Source: Selaginella moellendorffii | Taxonomy: Eukaryota > Plantae > Lycopodiophyta | NCBI RefSeq assembly: GCF_000143415.4 | Contig: NW_003314263.1 | Coordinates: 1,824,749-1,888,748 of the forward strand | DNA length: 64,000 nucleotides | Direction: 5' to 3' | Shown here: piece after piece, positions 1 through 11,702 of the stretch | Numbering within the stretch: the stretch's first letter is position 1 | Layout: each line of letters opens with the position of its first letter | The notes under the pieces: generated by a model | What the model was told of the DNA's origin: nothing | The model's database searches: none | The model's input: only the letters and a program-made list of their open reading frames with translations | Program-made: the position numbers and the translations under genes

Positions 1-104
1 CCTTCCACTTAGCGGTGTGCCTAAGTTAGCCTCCCCAGCCAAGAGCCTATGACAATGGAATATAGGTGTCCCTATACTCCTCACCTCACCATGCCCTAGT
101 ATGG

Positions 105-160
105 GGTTGGGACTTGAACCCAACCTTGCTTTACTAGGGGGTTGGGACTCGAACCCAACC
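105..160 (-). repeat. two tandem 21-bp hairpins resembling a tRNA T-arm / Pol III B-box
   Basis: Minus strand GGTTGGGTTCGAGTCCCAACC (140-160) and GGTTGGGTTCAAGTCCCAACC (105-125), each a 7-bp stem with a 7-nt TTCRAGT loop. Confidence 0.7.
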
Positions 161-660
161 TCCATAGAATACGTATACGGATTTGACATCCCCGCAGGGA
201 GTTGGGTGTAGTTCCCTACGCTTGGTCGACCTAGCTAACCCATGTTAATTAGCTTACCTTTGGCACGCCTTCGGGTCCCAATATATGCCATTGCTCAACT
301 TCATAGATTGATACTTTAATTGAACTTTGCATAAGTACATAGAGTTTTACTTTGCAGAAATTCCTCCACTAGACCTCACGCGTTTGCAAGGTTCTCCTCC
401 GGTTCCCATGTTGCTTCACAGTGTGGAAATCCTTTCCACTTCACATGGAACTCTCTCACCTTGTGTCTTTGTCGCTTGCTCTTGCGTGCATTGAGGATGG
501 CCTCGACTTCGTATTCCTCTTCCCCTTGGATAACCTCAGGTAAAGGTCTTACTTGGTCCTTGCGAAGCGGATCCTCAAAATACGGCTTGAGTAAGTTCAT
601 GTGGAACACGGGGTGCATCTTCCCCATCTCTTGAGGAAGTCAGAGATGGTAAGCCTCTTT

Positions 661-698
661 CTGATTGCACTGCAAAGTTGTGAGCATTGCTGAAGTAC
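661..698 (-). other. 38-nt GT-AG intron-like insertion in the integrase C-terminal region
   Basis: Sequence GTACTTCAG...GCAATCAG. Removal restores frame (INK-KEAYHL*LPQEMGKMHPVFH) with one extra Lys from a 4-bp AAAG duplication. Confidence 0.6.
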
Positions 699-738
699 TT
701 TATTGATTCGAGCCTCAATCTCATAAGGCCCCGTGAAC

Positions 739-790
739 CTGCTTAAGGAACTCAAGATCAATTCATTTACAGGAATACATGCATTTTTAC
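739..790 (-). other. 52-nt GT-AG intron-like insertion before the integrase GPY motif
   Basis: Sequence GTAAAAATGC...CCTTAAGCAG has AG|GT at both ends. Removal gives KLTQR-FTGPYEIEARIN in frame and removes an in-frame TAA. Confidence 0.82.
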
Positions 791-1208
791 CTTTGGGTCA
801 ACTTCCGGCTAATCCCACTTGGTAGCCTGAGGTTCTTGGTGTTCAACCACACCTTCTCCCCAGCTTGGAATTCTACATCCCGGCGCTTCTGGTTCACGAA
901 CTTGGTTTGCCTTTGTTGAGCCCGTTCCAAGGAATCCCTTACTAGATTCCAAATGTTGAGTCTTTCCGCCGTGAATGCCTCCACTGCAGGTAACTCTCCA
1001 TGATACTCGGCCACGTCGAGTTCCACAGGACCTTCAATAGCTCACCCATTGATAACTTCCCATGGACTCACCCTAATGCTCGAATGTGGTGAGTTGTTAT
1101 AACACATTTCCGCAAGTCCCAAATGACTTACCTAATCAGTCTGGTCTCCCGAGACATAACATCGCAAATAATCCTCCAGCTGCCTATTCACCCTTTCCAT
1201 TTGTCCGT

Positions 1209-1255
1209 CTGTCAAAAAGTGTTAGTGCCATCAAACTTGACTTAATACCCATTAC
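1209..1255 (-). other. 47-nt GT-AG intron-like insertion in the integrase core
   Basis: Sequence GTAATGGG...GCACTAACACTTTTTGACAG has a CTAAC branch motif and T-tract. Removal gives AYHPQT-DGQMERVN in frame. Confidence 0.85.
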
Positions 1256-4200
1256 CTGTCTGTGGGTGATAGGCTGTACTAAATTTCAACTTGGTGCGAT
1301 ACTATTCCAGGAGTGTTCTCCAGAACCTACTGGTGAAGATCTTATCTTGATCTGAGATAATCTCTTCTGGCCTTCCCCACACTCGAACCACTTGTTTGAA
1401 GAACAGTTTCGCCACACCTTCCGCATCCACTTCCATTGTGGTGGGTATGAAATGTGCCATTTTCGAAAATCGATCCACCACCACAAATATCGTATCGAAC
1501 CCCTCGCTTGGAGGGAGTCCCGTGATGAAGTCCATCATAAGACATTTCCACGGACGATTTGGAATTGGGATGCTTTGTAACAAGCCCCCACTAGCCTTAG
1601 TCACGGCTTTGACCTGCTGACATGTTGGATACGTCTTTACATAGTTTTGGACGTCCTTAGCCATATTTGGCCAGTGGTACTTCCTCTTGAGTAAGCTCAT
1701 TGTCTTGGGCACTCCGCTGTGTCCCGCAAGAGGTCCGTCATGACACTCTTCTAAAGTTACCTTCTTTAGTTCCCCTTCTGGAACATACATCCTCGTTTGC
1801 TTGTAATATATGAGTCCGTTGCATTCTGCATAGCCTGTTTTCTCTTCCGTTGGCAGCTCACCTCTTTAGTGAGCTTCCCGTGCCTCTAGATTCCTCAGCA
1901 ACACTTCTTATGCTAGACCATCGTTCTCGTATGCAATCCGCACATCATCCCAAAAGGTTGCTGTCGCGCTGGATATCACCAACTTCAAGCTTGCTTTTCG
2001 ACTTAGCGCATCTGCCACGATGTTGCTCTTCCCAAGCTTGTACAGAATCTCGCAATCAAACTCGGCCAAAGCATTGGCCCACCGACCTTGTTTTCCCCTC
2101 AGGTCGGGTTGTGACAAAAAGTGTTTTGTTGCCACATTGTCCGTGTAAACCTTGAAGTGTCTCCCAAGGTAGTGTTGCCACTCCTTGAGCTCCTTGACCA
2201 CTGCAAATAATTCCTTCTCATGGGTAGGCCACTTCCATTGAGCCTTGTCCAACTTCTTCAAGAAGAACGCTACTGGATGGTTGTCTTGCTTCAAAACTGC
2301 ACCCAACGCAAAGTCTAAAGCATCTGTTTCTACCTCAAAGTCCTTACCAAAGTCTAGTAACGCCAACATAGGAGCCTTCCTCAACTTCCCCTTGAGGTGG
2401 ATGAATGCCGCCTCGCATTCCGCTATCCATACCATCTTCCCTTTTCCCATTTGGTCCGTTAAGGGCAAGGCTACTCTCGAATAGTGTCTGATAAACTTTC
2501 GATAGTAGTTGCATAGCCCCAACAATGCCCTTAACTCGTGTACATTTAATGGTCACTCCCAATCCTGGATCGCTTGGACCTTCTCAAGGTCCACTTTGAG
2601 CCCGTCCTTGCCCACCACATGCCCGAGAAACTTTACCTCTTGTTGAGCAAAGTCACATTTGCTCTTTTTAGCATACAACTGGTGTTCTCTTAGTTTCTCA
2701 AACACCTTCGTCAAGTGTTTGGCATGCTCCTCTAGCATTTCAATATAGATCAGGATGTCGTCAATATAGACGACCACAAAGTGATCCAGATAGGGTACAA
2801 AGATATGGTTTATCAACACCAAAAATGTTGCCGGCGCATTGCATAGCCCGAAGGGCATCACCAAAAACTTGAAGCTCCCATACCTCGTTCGACAGGTTGT
2901 CTTCTCGACATCTTCCTTTGATCTGGTAATATCCTGACCTTAGGTCAATCCTCGAGAAGTATTTTGCCTTTCCCAACCTATCGAACAAGTCTTCAATCCT
3001 TGGCAAAGGGTATTTGTTCTTCTTTGTATATTTGTTGAGCAATCGGTAGTCTATGCACATGCGCATAGATCCATCTTTCTTTTTCACAAATAACACTGGT
3101 GGACAAAGGGTATGTTAGGTTGAGCAAGTCGCCATATGGGGCGCCAACTCCTCTAGTTGGCACTTAAGCTCCGTGAGTTCTTTTTCGTTCAAACGATAGG
3201 GGGGATGAACCACCACCTCAGCATCCTTGATCAGCTCAATCTTATGTTCTATCGGTCGTGTGGGGGGCAACCCCACTGGTAGCTCCTCTGGCATGGTATC
3301 CTGGAATTGGTCCAACACCCGCTGGATCAATAAAGGTACTTCTTCCATTCCTGTCTTTTTGTCACTCCTCACCGAGAGTAAGCACAAAAATGCAGCCTTG
3401 GTCCCTTTAGTGAGTTGTCCCCTCGTAGACACCAGGTTTAGGCACGAATCTTTGGCTTTGCATTGCCCTACCTTTAGATTCTGGGCCTTCACCCTGGATC
3501 TTCTTCCTTGGGCATTCGCTAGTACCACAAGATTCCTACTTTGTCCATGCAGGGCTACCATGAACAGATTGAACCAATCCATCCCGAAGATCACATCAAA
3601 TCCCGCCATGTCTAATATGGTGAAACCCATGTCTACTTTCCAAGTCCCTACTTCAACTCTCGCTTGTTGAAGTACCTCATCAGTGCTTTAGCTACCTTGA
3701 ACAAACTCTATAGTCCTTGGTTGGCCTAGCTGCTGCACCGTTAGTCCGGCTTGCCGGACTATGTTTGCAGCCACAAAATTATCCGAAGCACCCGTGTCAA
3801 TAAGGATCTTAACAAAGCTACCCCCGAGCTTCCTTCGGAGGGCTAGTAGATGTCGTGAATGACTCTCTACCAAAGTTTCTCATGTAATAAGTAACTTTGA
3901 GCTAGGGACTGGATCACATACCTCAATTTGGACTTCACCCGACTTAATGGCCATATTGGCTCTAGCCTTCTTTGGGTAGGGACATTCCCTCGAAAAGTGT
4001 CCCGCTTCACCGCAATTGTAGCATATGTTGTTTCCCACGCTGCTAAACAACTTGACTTTCTTATCCGTGGGTTTGTCTCTTTTTGCTTGACTCCCCCACG
4101 TACTCGCTCACTGGCCATCGGATTTGCCTTTTCGGAACCCTGAGGACTCATTCTTAGAGAAACTTTTCTTGAATTTCCTTTTGCTATATGTTCCCCTTGG

Positions 4201-5164
4201 TTTGGCCCCTTTGCTAAATGTGGACCCCGACCCCATCATGTTCCCCTTTCGCAGGTTATCGTTGAAATGCACCTTGATGGCTGCATCTAACGCTTCCTTG
4301 TATTTGGTCAGGTTCCAGCGCATCACCTCACCGCGAGCCCAAGTTTACAAACCTGATATGAAGGCATAGAACGCATCTATATCCCCCATATCCATGACAA
4401 GTATCCTCTTTGCCATAAACCCATTCACATACTCCTGAATGGTTTCGGTCTGCTTCAGCCTACTCAGCTCGTCTCTTAGATGCAGAGTAGCATTCGGAGG
4501 AACGTAAGTTGCGCAGATCCTCGCCTTCATCATGTCCCTAGTGGCCACCAGTCCTTCGTTGGCCTCCGTCGTTCTCCACCAAGACTTGGCATTATCTGCC
4601 AAGTATGGTTTTGCACATGGGACCTTCTCCGAGCTCGGTAATCGCAACACTCGGAAGTAGTCCTCCATATCGTAAAACCAATCCTCCACCACCTTATAGT
4701 CATTCACTCCCTTGAAGACCGGTGGGGGCTTTGGTTTGTACTTGGGAACTACTAGAGGGACTGATTCCACTTCGGTCTGTTCGACCTTATTTGGTTCTAC
4801 CTCAGTCCCTACTGAAGGGTCTGCACCTTTTACGCTACCAGCATTCGCAGTCTTTCACTTTTGCTTCCGCTTCTTGTCATGCTTTAGCTTGTGTACGAGA
4901 GTCTCTAGTAGGGCATTGGTCTGTGCCAATTGTCCTTCTAAAAAGCCCAATCGAGCCTTGGACGACCGAACCTTGCCACCGGACTCCTGTTTGGAAGTTT
5001 CCTCACTGGAGTCCTCCTCATACAAGGATTCTTCATCCATAGCCTCTCGTTCGACTAGAGGCTCCAGCTCTGGAGGAGGTTCCGTCTCAGCTTTGGTTTG
5101 CTTCCACCCTGCCTTTGCCATCTCCCAGCAATCCGCCTCTATCCTTCGCTAGAACTGAGGAAAA

Positions 5165-5177
5165 GGCTCCGATACCA
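5165..5177 (-). promoter_or_regulatory. primer-binding site (tRNA-iMet)
   Basis: Minus strand TGGTATCGGAGCC, 3 nt from the LTR end. Confidence 0.92.
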
Positions 5178-5180
5178 AAT

Positions 5181-6281
5181 TGTAAGCCACAAATTTTTCC
5201 TTTCCAATTTGCCAACTTACCTTGTCTACCCGTCCAACACTACCTTGGCTTTTGCTAAGTTCCCTCGTCAAGGTTCTCACCTATGGTACCAGCTCCTACT
5301 TGGGCTTACTTAGTTTCAGCTACTCACTACACGAGCAATGGAGCGTTAGCCATCCATTCACGGATTCCCAAATCTCTCCCAATCCCCCTCTCAAGGTTAG
5401 ACTGGACTTAAGGTTCGGCTACACTCCCCGCAGGCACAAGCAGCCAAGCACACCAAGCCTTCCTGTTCCTAACACCCCTTGGTACCACAAGACTTGATCA
5501 TAGGACCCTAAATCCCAAGTCTTGAGTGCAACACTTGCTTCAGGACGCCAGGGCGAAACACTGTGGCCTAACGACCCGGTATGGGTACCTTTACCCCCCC
5601 CCCCCACTTCCATCCCGAAGGAAGGCCTAAGCCCCTAGGAAGGGCGAGGACCAATGAGCCGCATGGTACTCAAGTGGGACACCACTCCACATGAGCCGGG
5701 AGCACCACAGTCGATTTCGCTTTCGGGAGTGGGAGCTGCTCTTGAGCACTTCCTGGGGTGGCCCCTTCGGCACCACCCAAGTCCCTGCTCACTCCCACCC
5801 AAAGACCCTCGGCCCCAGTCTCAACCTCAAGTCAGTTTGGAAGCACCACTGGAGAGTTCCTTCAAGACTGGTTCCTAGACCTCACTATCCCTACTATACT
5901 TTTGGAACCCCCTGCAGCCCCCCCCCCCCCTGGGAGACGCATGTTTTGGGCTTTCACCCCATGACCCGTATTAGTACTCGGACTCGGTCTCGAACTCGAT
6001 CTCGGACTCGATCTTGGACCCGACTTCGAACTTGGTCTCAGACTCGATCTTGGACCCAACTTTGGACTCGACTTCGAACTCGACCTTGGACTCGGTCTCG
6101 GACCTAATTTGGATCTTGGACTCTGTCTTGAACTCGATCTCGAACTCAGTCTCCGATTCGGCCTTGGACTCGATCCCGGACTCTATCTCGAACTCAGTCT
6201 TAGAGATGAACTCTTTGTCATTTCGGTCATGCTTTTGGGGATCCTTTAGCCTACAACACCTTGGCAAGTTGGTTCCTTACA
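5181..6281 (-). repeat. 5' LTR of the chromovirus (LTR family A, 1101 bp)
   Basis: TGTAAG...CTTACA termini and adjacent PBS. Both ends match the split degenerate copy at 50460-63112. Confidence 0.88.
5977..6200. repeat. degenerate hexamer-based tandem array (GACTCG/ATCTCG) inside LTR A
   Basis: Repeating ctcgga/ctcgat/cttgga units. Flanks are homologous to those of the array at 58545-59040. Confidence 0.85.
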
Positions 6282-6885
6282 CATGGCTACTTTTGAGGTG
6301 CTAGCTTGCTAGAACATAATTTTTTATATTCAACTCAAAAGAACCCTTTTTGCAAGTGTTACTCTAATACTAAGTACACCCCCAACTCCTTAGGATGTTC
6401 TAGCATTTATTAAAACTAGCCCTGGCTATCATTTCAAAGACCCGTGTCCTCATCCATATTTGACCTCCTATAGTCACTAATTCCAATTTCAAATTTTTGA
6501 GCACCATCTTTAATTATATAAGGATAATCTTATAACTCCTTTATCGTCTAAGAGTTTCCATCATTCCCGTGATCCTAACAATAGTTGTTTACCACAACTA
6601 TATCAACCAATTTACTAAGTCAAATGCTTATATAGATCACATCCTCAATTCTATGAGGAAAACCTTCTATTGTTCCCAAGATCTCAAAGTCATTCCCTTA
6701 TTAGCCCCTTTTCTATCCATCATATTGCATACACGTTTATGTATGAACTCAGTGGAGAATCATGCCCTCTCGACATGCTACTCCTTGAGGATGGACCCAC
6801 TTTTGGGACCTTCCAATGCCAATATCAAGTGGTGATATTCTTAACCACCAATAAAAGCCGGACTAAGGAACAATTTTAATCAAAT

Positions 6886-7650
6886 TGTAAGTGACTAAAT
6901 TTTCCATTATACTTTAATTACTTAACCACATCTTTGACCACTTGGAGGAGTCTCACTCACAATCTTTATAAGTTCTATTCTGAACTTGGGGACATGCTAT
7001 CCCCATGAATGGTATCTGTACCACTTAGCCTTCGCACTTGGTCCAAGTGCTCCATATATCCAATCTCCTAATAGACACCCCAAAGGTACCACCAACGTAT
7101 TAGTCTGTTACATTAAAGTCATGTCTATTTACCCTTGTCCCATTGGTAGTCCAAAACCACCCATACCATAGTCTCATCTCTCAAAGACTAGGCTATCCAT
7201 TTATGGGTGGTCATTCTAGAACCATAACTTAGCACCCTTAGGATGTCTAAAGACATAGGGAACACCCATTCCTAATGTCTCTTCTTCAGTCCCCACCAAG
7301 TCCCACTCTGCCTACGCCAGTGCTTGCCAACACTACCACTAAATTAGGGCTTGAAAGCCTAACCACTAAATCCCATTGACCTCTGGGACTTCCTCACCAC
7401 GTGATCATGGTCACTACACAAAAGGACTACTCTTCTTCTTTTCCACAATCTAAAACTTTGGGACAACATTTCGAAATACCATGGCCCTACATGAGCCTCA
7501 TGGTTACTTTCCCCACCTTTTGCTTTTAGCCATATGGCTAGAGCAAGGTTCTGATGAGCCATACTAATTATCCAAGTAGATAGTGCCACCCACACTTAGA
7601 TTGGGAGCATTAACCATTAGATCTCCTGGAGAAATTAGAGCTAGGTACTT
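6886..7650 (-). mobile_element. partial, heavily decayed copy of LTR family B
   Basis: Reverse complement of ~59260-60039 (tgtaagtgactaaattttccatt... vs tgtaagcgactaatttttccatt...). Preceded by a PBS-like context similar to 5150-5180. Confidence 0.85.
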
Positions 7651-7844
7651 TGATTTTCTTTTAGATTCATGCTTCACTTCTACTTCTTGCCCTAAATTTA
7701 AATGTGCTAGATAGGTTACTTCACTTATCGAACACAACTTCCTCCCTAGCAAGTATGCTTTGGTTTTGCGAAGTATTAAGAGGTATATGTCACTAGTTGC
7801 TTCTAACTATTGACACTAGCACACATATTTATACTCATAACAAC

Positions 7845-8030
7845 CTTGAAGATGCTAATGAAGAAACTAATCTAAACTTTGAAGATGCTAATGCAAAAAT
7901 TACTTCAGATTTTGATGATGCTAATACAAACATAGCACATGCTAATGAAGCTCACACAAATATAGACCTTGAAAATGCTAATGAAGCTCATACAAATATA
8001 GACCTTGAAAATGCTAATGAAACTAATACA
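7845..8030 (+). repeat. imperfect ~33-39 bp tandem repeat (gaagatgctaatg / gaaaatgctaatgaagctca)
   Basis: Repeated ANEAHTNIDLEN-type units in ORF 7797-8063. No recognisable protein. Confidence 0.6.
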
Positions 8031-9470
8031 AATGCAGTAATCATCAAATTATATTATTTATAAACTAGCACATCAAAAGAATTATAATAACCATACAGCA
8101 TATATGTTTAATATTGAAAATATATCATCCATATGTGTTGTTTATGGTGCAGTACATTTTGAAAATGAGTCAAGCTCAATGTGCTCCCAGAATGGAAAGG
8201 TTTCAATTGCTTGAGCATTAACACTAATAGAGAAAATTGTCAGGTTTTCCCATTGTGCTGAGCTAGTGAGCCTCTAACTGGAATGATCTCGAGAGAACAT
8301 GTTTCAAGGCCAGCACAAGTGAGGAGATTTACATGCAAATGCATATAGAAAAGATTTCAATTGTTTATTGTCATTAATTTGAAAGTTTTAGCAACTTATA
8401 TTGGCTGATCTCCAAATGATTTCACTTCTATCAATCCTTGATAATCTCAATTAACATACAAAATTTTACATAAATATCTAGAAATTTAATTAGATATTTA
8501 AGCTGGACCTAGCAAAGTTCAAAGATACTTTCTATGGCGTGCAATTCATAAGTAAGCTAAAAGCAAGTTACAAACAAAGACAAAAAAATTGAAACGAATT
8601 TAAAAAGAGTTGAAACGAATTCAAGAATTCAAACGAAATCAAACGACATCAAATGAAAACAAACTAATTACAGCCAGAGCTAATGCCGCCTGAGTAGCAA
8701 CGTTGATCGTCCCTGGCTCCTCCTCATTGATGTTCTTGACGAGCTTGTTTAGAGGTCTCGTTGCCTTTTGGACGAGAGGTATCCAGCAGCTCCTTCCTTG
8801 CCCATGTCTTGTTCGCAACTAGAGCGAGCAAGCAGCCAGTACGTGCTTCTTTGAAGATAACTCCCTGACAAGCAGGGCCGTGAGCTGGCTCAACGTATCA
8901 GTGTCCTGTCGTCTCACAAGCTTAGTTATCTCTTGTCCTTCCAGGCTAGCGTTCTTGAGAAGCCACAAAAGTGCTGGCTCCACTTGGATATCTTTCACTG
9001 TGAAAACAAAGGTTGCACCCACGTAGACATTGCAAAGGATAGGATCTGTTCTCATCCCAGTCTCGGCTTGACGATGAACCTCCATTCCTCGTTGCAGCGG
9101 AAAAAACTTTCACCATCCTCCCATCAGCAGCTGAGAGAGTGGAGCATGGAGCGCAGTGGCAAAAGTTCATGCGTTTGCTCCACAGCACTGTTGCATCGAT
9201 CGAAAGAGCTGCAAGGCCACCTCGGCCTTGCCATTCTCTCTCACTGAGTACTTCACCAGAAACTTCTATCTGAATCGTGTGACTCTCCGTCACTGCTCTG
9301 CGCTCAACTGTGTCATAAAGCTGATTATCCCGCCAGCATTTGCCCCATTCATGGCTTATTCACAACCCCCCAAAGATGCGAGTGAATATTCTAGAACCCT
9401 GCTCAAAGTATTTCCGAGCCAATCACGAGCTGCCACGTGTTATCTAAATTATCTAAATATTTAGAACGTA

Positions 9471-11049
9471 TCAATCCTTATTAGGGCTTGCTCGAGCGCG
9501 GAGTGGGATTTCCATGGTGGTGACGACGCCGAAGCACTCGGCCATGGGATGCGCGTCCACGCCCGGCGCCAAGCTCCACCGGAATCGATGCAGCAGATTC
9601 GCGAGGGCGAGCTGGACAGTGATCAATCCCAGCGCCATGCCAGGGCAGCCGCGCCGCCCCGATCCAAACGGGAGGAGCTCGAAATTCTTGCCGTGGACGT
9701 CAATGCTGGATCCCAGGAACCGCTCCGGGAGGAAATCGTCGGGGGATTTCCACAGGGCAGGGTCTCGGCCGATGGCATAGACATTGACGAAGAGGCGCGT
9801 GCCCTTGGCGATGGCGAGGCCCGCGACGGTGGCGTCTTGGGTGGATTGGTGGGGGATGAGGAGCGGCGCTGGCGGATGGAGGCGGAAGGTCTCCTTGATC
9901 ACTGCGTGGAGGTATGGTAGATCTTGTAGCTCGTGTTCTTGGATGATTTCCTGGCGGGCATCGCCGAATTTCGCGCGTAATTCTTCCTGTGCTTTCTCCA
10001 GGGCTCTGGGATTGTTTAGCAACTCCGCCATTGCCCATTGGATCGTGGTAATGGAGGTGTCTGTTCCAGCTCCCAAGAGATTCTAGACGAGAACAAACAC
10101 AACATGTAAGAACTTCCAAGGTATGGATTCTTTCTTTGTTTCTTCTTTAGAGTACCTGGATGAGTGCCTTGATGTTTCTAGCTTGATTGTTTGGATCTGG
10201 AGAGTCTAGAGACAAGAGTGTGTCGACGAAATCTCCAACTCCATCGTGAGCTTGAGTTTGTTCTCTGCTTTGCCTCGCAAGGACGTGCTGATCGACCACT
10301 TTTTGCAGGAACTCGTCCTGGATCTTGTGCAGGGCTTTCATCTTGGCGACGCTCGAGTCGAACCACTTGAGAAACGGGATGTAGTCGCCGATGTGGAACT
10401 CCCCGAGAAGAATGGTTCCTTGCTCTTGCATATGGATGAAGTCTCTGGTGGCCGCGAGCTCCTCCGTCGTCTCTCCGGATCCAAAGTAAGCCTTGTTCAT
10501 CACCATCCGGGTGATGACGTTGAACGTAAACTCCGTCAGCAGATCTAGCAGCACGAAAGGTTTGCTCGTCTCCGCAACTTTTGCGATCTTCGCTAACAAT
10601 CTCTGTAGCTCTTCGAGCCTTGCCTGGTGCGACGAGGCGAGGCGACGGTCTGTCAGGAGCTCCACGACGCACAGCTTCCTCATGCTCCTCCAGTGCTCGC
10701 CGTATGGAGCAAAAACCATGTCCTTGGAGTCGTAGAGGATGTACTTCGTGGTGAGCAACGTCGGCCTCGATGCAAAGGTGAGATCCTGGTTTCTTAGAAA
10801 CTCTCTCGCCATCTCGGGGCTTGACGCGATCACCACGGGAACCGAGCCAAGCCGGAGCTTGACGAGGGGGCCATACTTTCGAGCAATCGCGAGGAGAGAG
10901 TGGTGAGGGAGCTTTCCCAAGAGGTAAAGATGGCCGATGATCGGCAGTGGAGTGGGGAGTGATGGCGATTGCGATGCTACTCTCAGGTAGAACACGCTCG
11001 AGAAGACAACCAAGATCAAGAGAATTGCAAAACCAACTAAGAACTCCAT
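9471..11049 (-). CDS. cytochrome P450, CYP71 clan (A-type), 2 exons (11049-10156, 10082-9471), ~501 aa
   Basis: N-terminal membrane anchor, PLPIIGHL, AGTDTS, ETFRLHP, FLPERF and heme motif PFGSGRRGCPG. Single GT-AG intron at the typical A-type position. Confidence 0.96.
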
Positions 11050-11702
11050 GGTCTCCAACGAGGTGAGCGTTCTTCTCTATTAAAGTTCCATTGTGGTACT
11101 CACTCTTTGTGCCATAGAGTTTGTTCCTCCTGGTATAAGGGGCCTTGCGAATCTCATGGTATGCTTACTTGCGAATCTCATTCTATTCGTTATTCTTCAA
11201 GGAAATGCTCTTGATCATGGCTAAGCATCTATAACAATGATATAATAATGAGGAGTGGCAAACTTTCTGATCTACCCAATGGCAGCCGTCAGATAAGAAG
11301 TAACTGTTAAGGGTTTAGTGGGTCACATGTAAAGGGTTGACCGGCATTAACATTTAACCTTTTGCAATGGAGACTTTATCATTTGGATATGATAATTCCC
11401 TCTAATTTCCTTTAACGAATTTGATAATTTCCTTTGAGGAAACACATTTGTGGAATATTTATTGTTTTGATATTATTCTAATTTGAGTTTCCAGTTTAAC
11501 AAAATTATAACATTCAAAACAATGTTAACTAACTAGATATGATTCGAGTCATTAGATTAAAGGTGGACCCTAAAAGGGTTTCAGTTATCACTGGGATTCT
11601 GTAACTCAAGGATTAGCACAATCTGTGAGGAGGACACTAACGTCTTGACTCCAATCTTCTTCCAGGACAGTCGGGCAAAGGTTTATTAGATTTTGTAAAC
11701 AG

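Larger units (their letters stand above)
376..5121 (-). pseudogene. gag-pol polyprotein of the chromovirus, broken by premature stops, small indels, a micro-inversion and three intron-like insertions
   Basis: ORF fragments 4855-5121, 4345-4770, 3688-3873, 3115-3630, 2761-3096, 2553-2864, 1908-2525, 1302-1790, 787-1026 and 376-627 align in canonical order. Most stops are TAA/TGA/TAG, consistent with C->T or G->A decay. Confidence 0.93.
1..6281 (-). mobile_element. Ty3/gypsy chromovirus LTR retrotransposon (Galadriel/Tekay-like), degenerate; 3' LTR lies outside the window
   Basis: Domain order on the minus strand is gag, CCHC knuckle (CYNCGEAGHFSREC), protease (ILIDTGAS), RT (VVVYIDDIL), RNase H, integrase (HHCC zinc finger; DFITGLP, VVVDRFSK) and chromodomain (EYEVEAIL...VKWKGF...TWEPEENL). 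tRNA-iMet PBS and a 5' LTR with TG...CA ends are present. Confidence 0.96.

Noticed and set aside
105-160. tRNA genes
   Set aside because: Only T-arm-like hairpins; no D-arm, anticodon arm or acceptor stem is visible.
661-1255. The three integrase insertions as one introner/MITE family
   Set aside because: They share no sequence similarity or terminal inverted repeats with each other.
8680-9360. GC-richer patch with ORFs 8819-9085 and 8946-9293 (CxxC, VGATFVFTVK), vaguely RPA/OB-fold-like
   Set aside because: Frameshifted and too weak to assign without a profile search.
9514-10735. Antisense and alternate-frame ORFs over the P450 (similarly over GSTs, ATG11 and GDSL)
   Set aside because: Shadow ORFs of GC-rich coding sequence.
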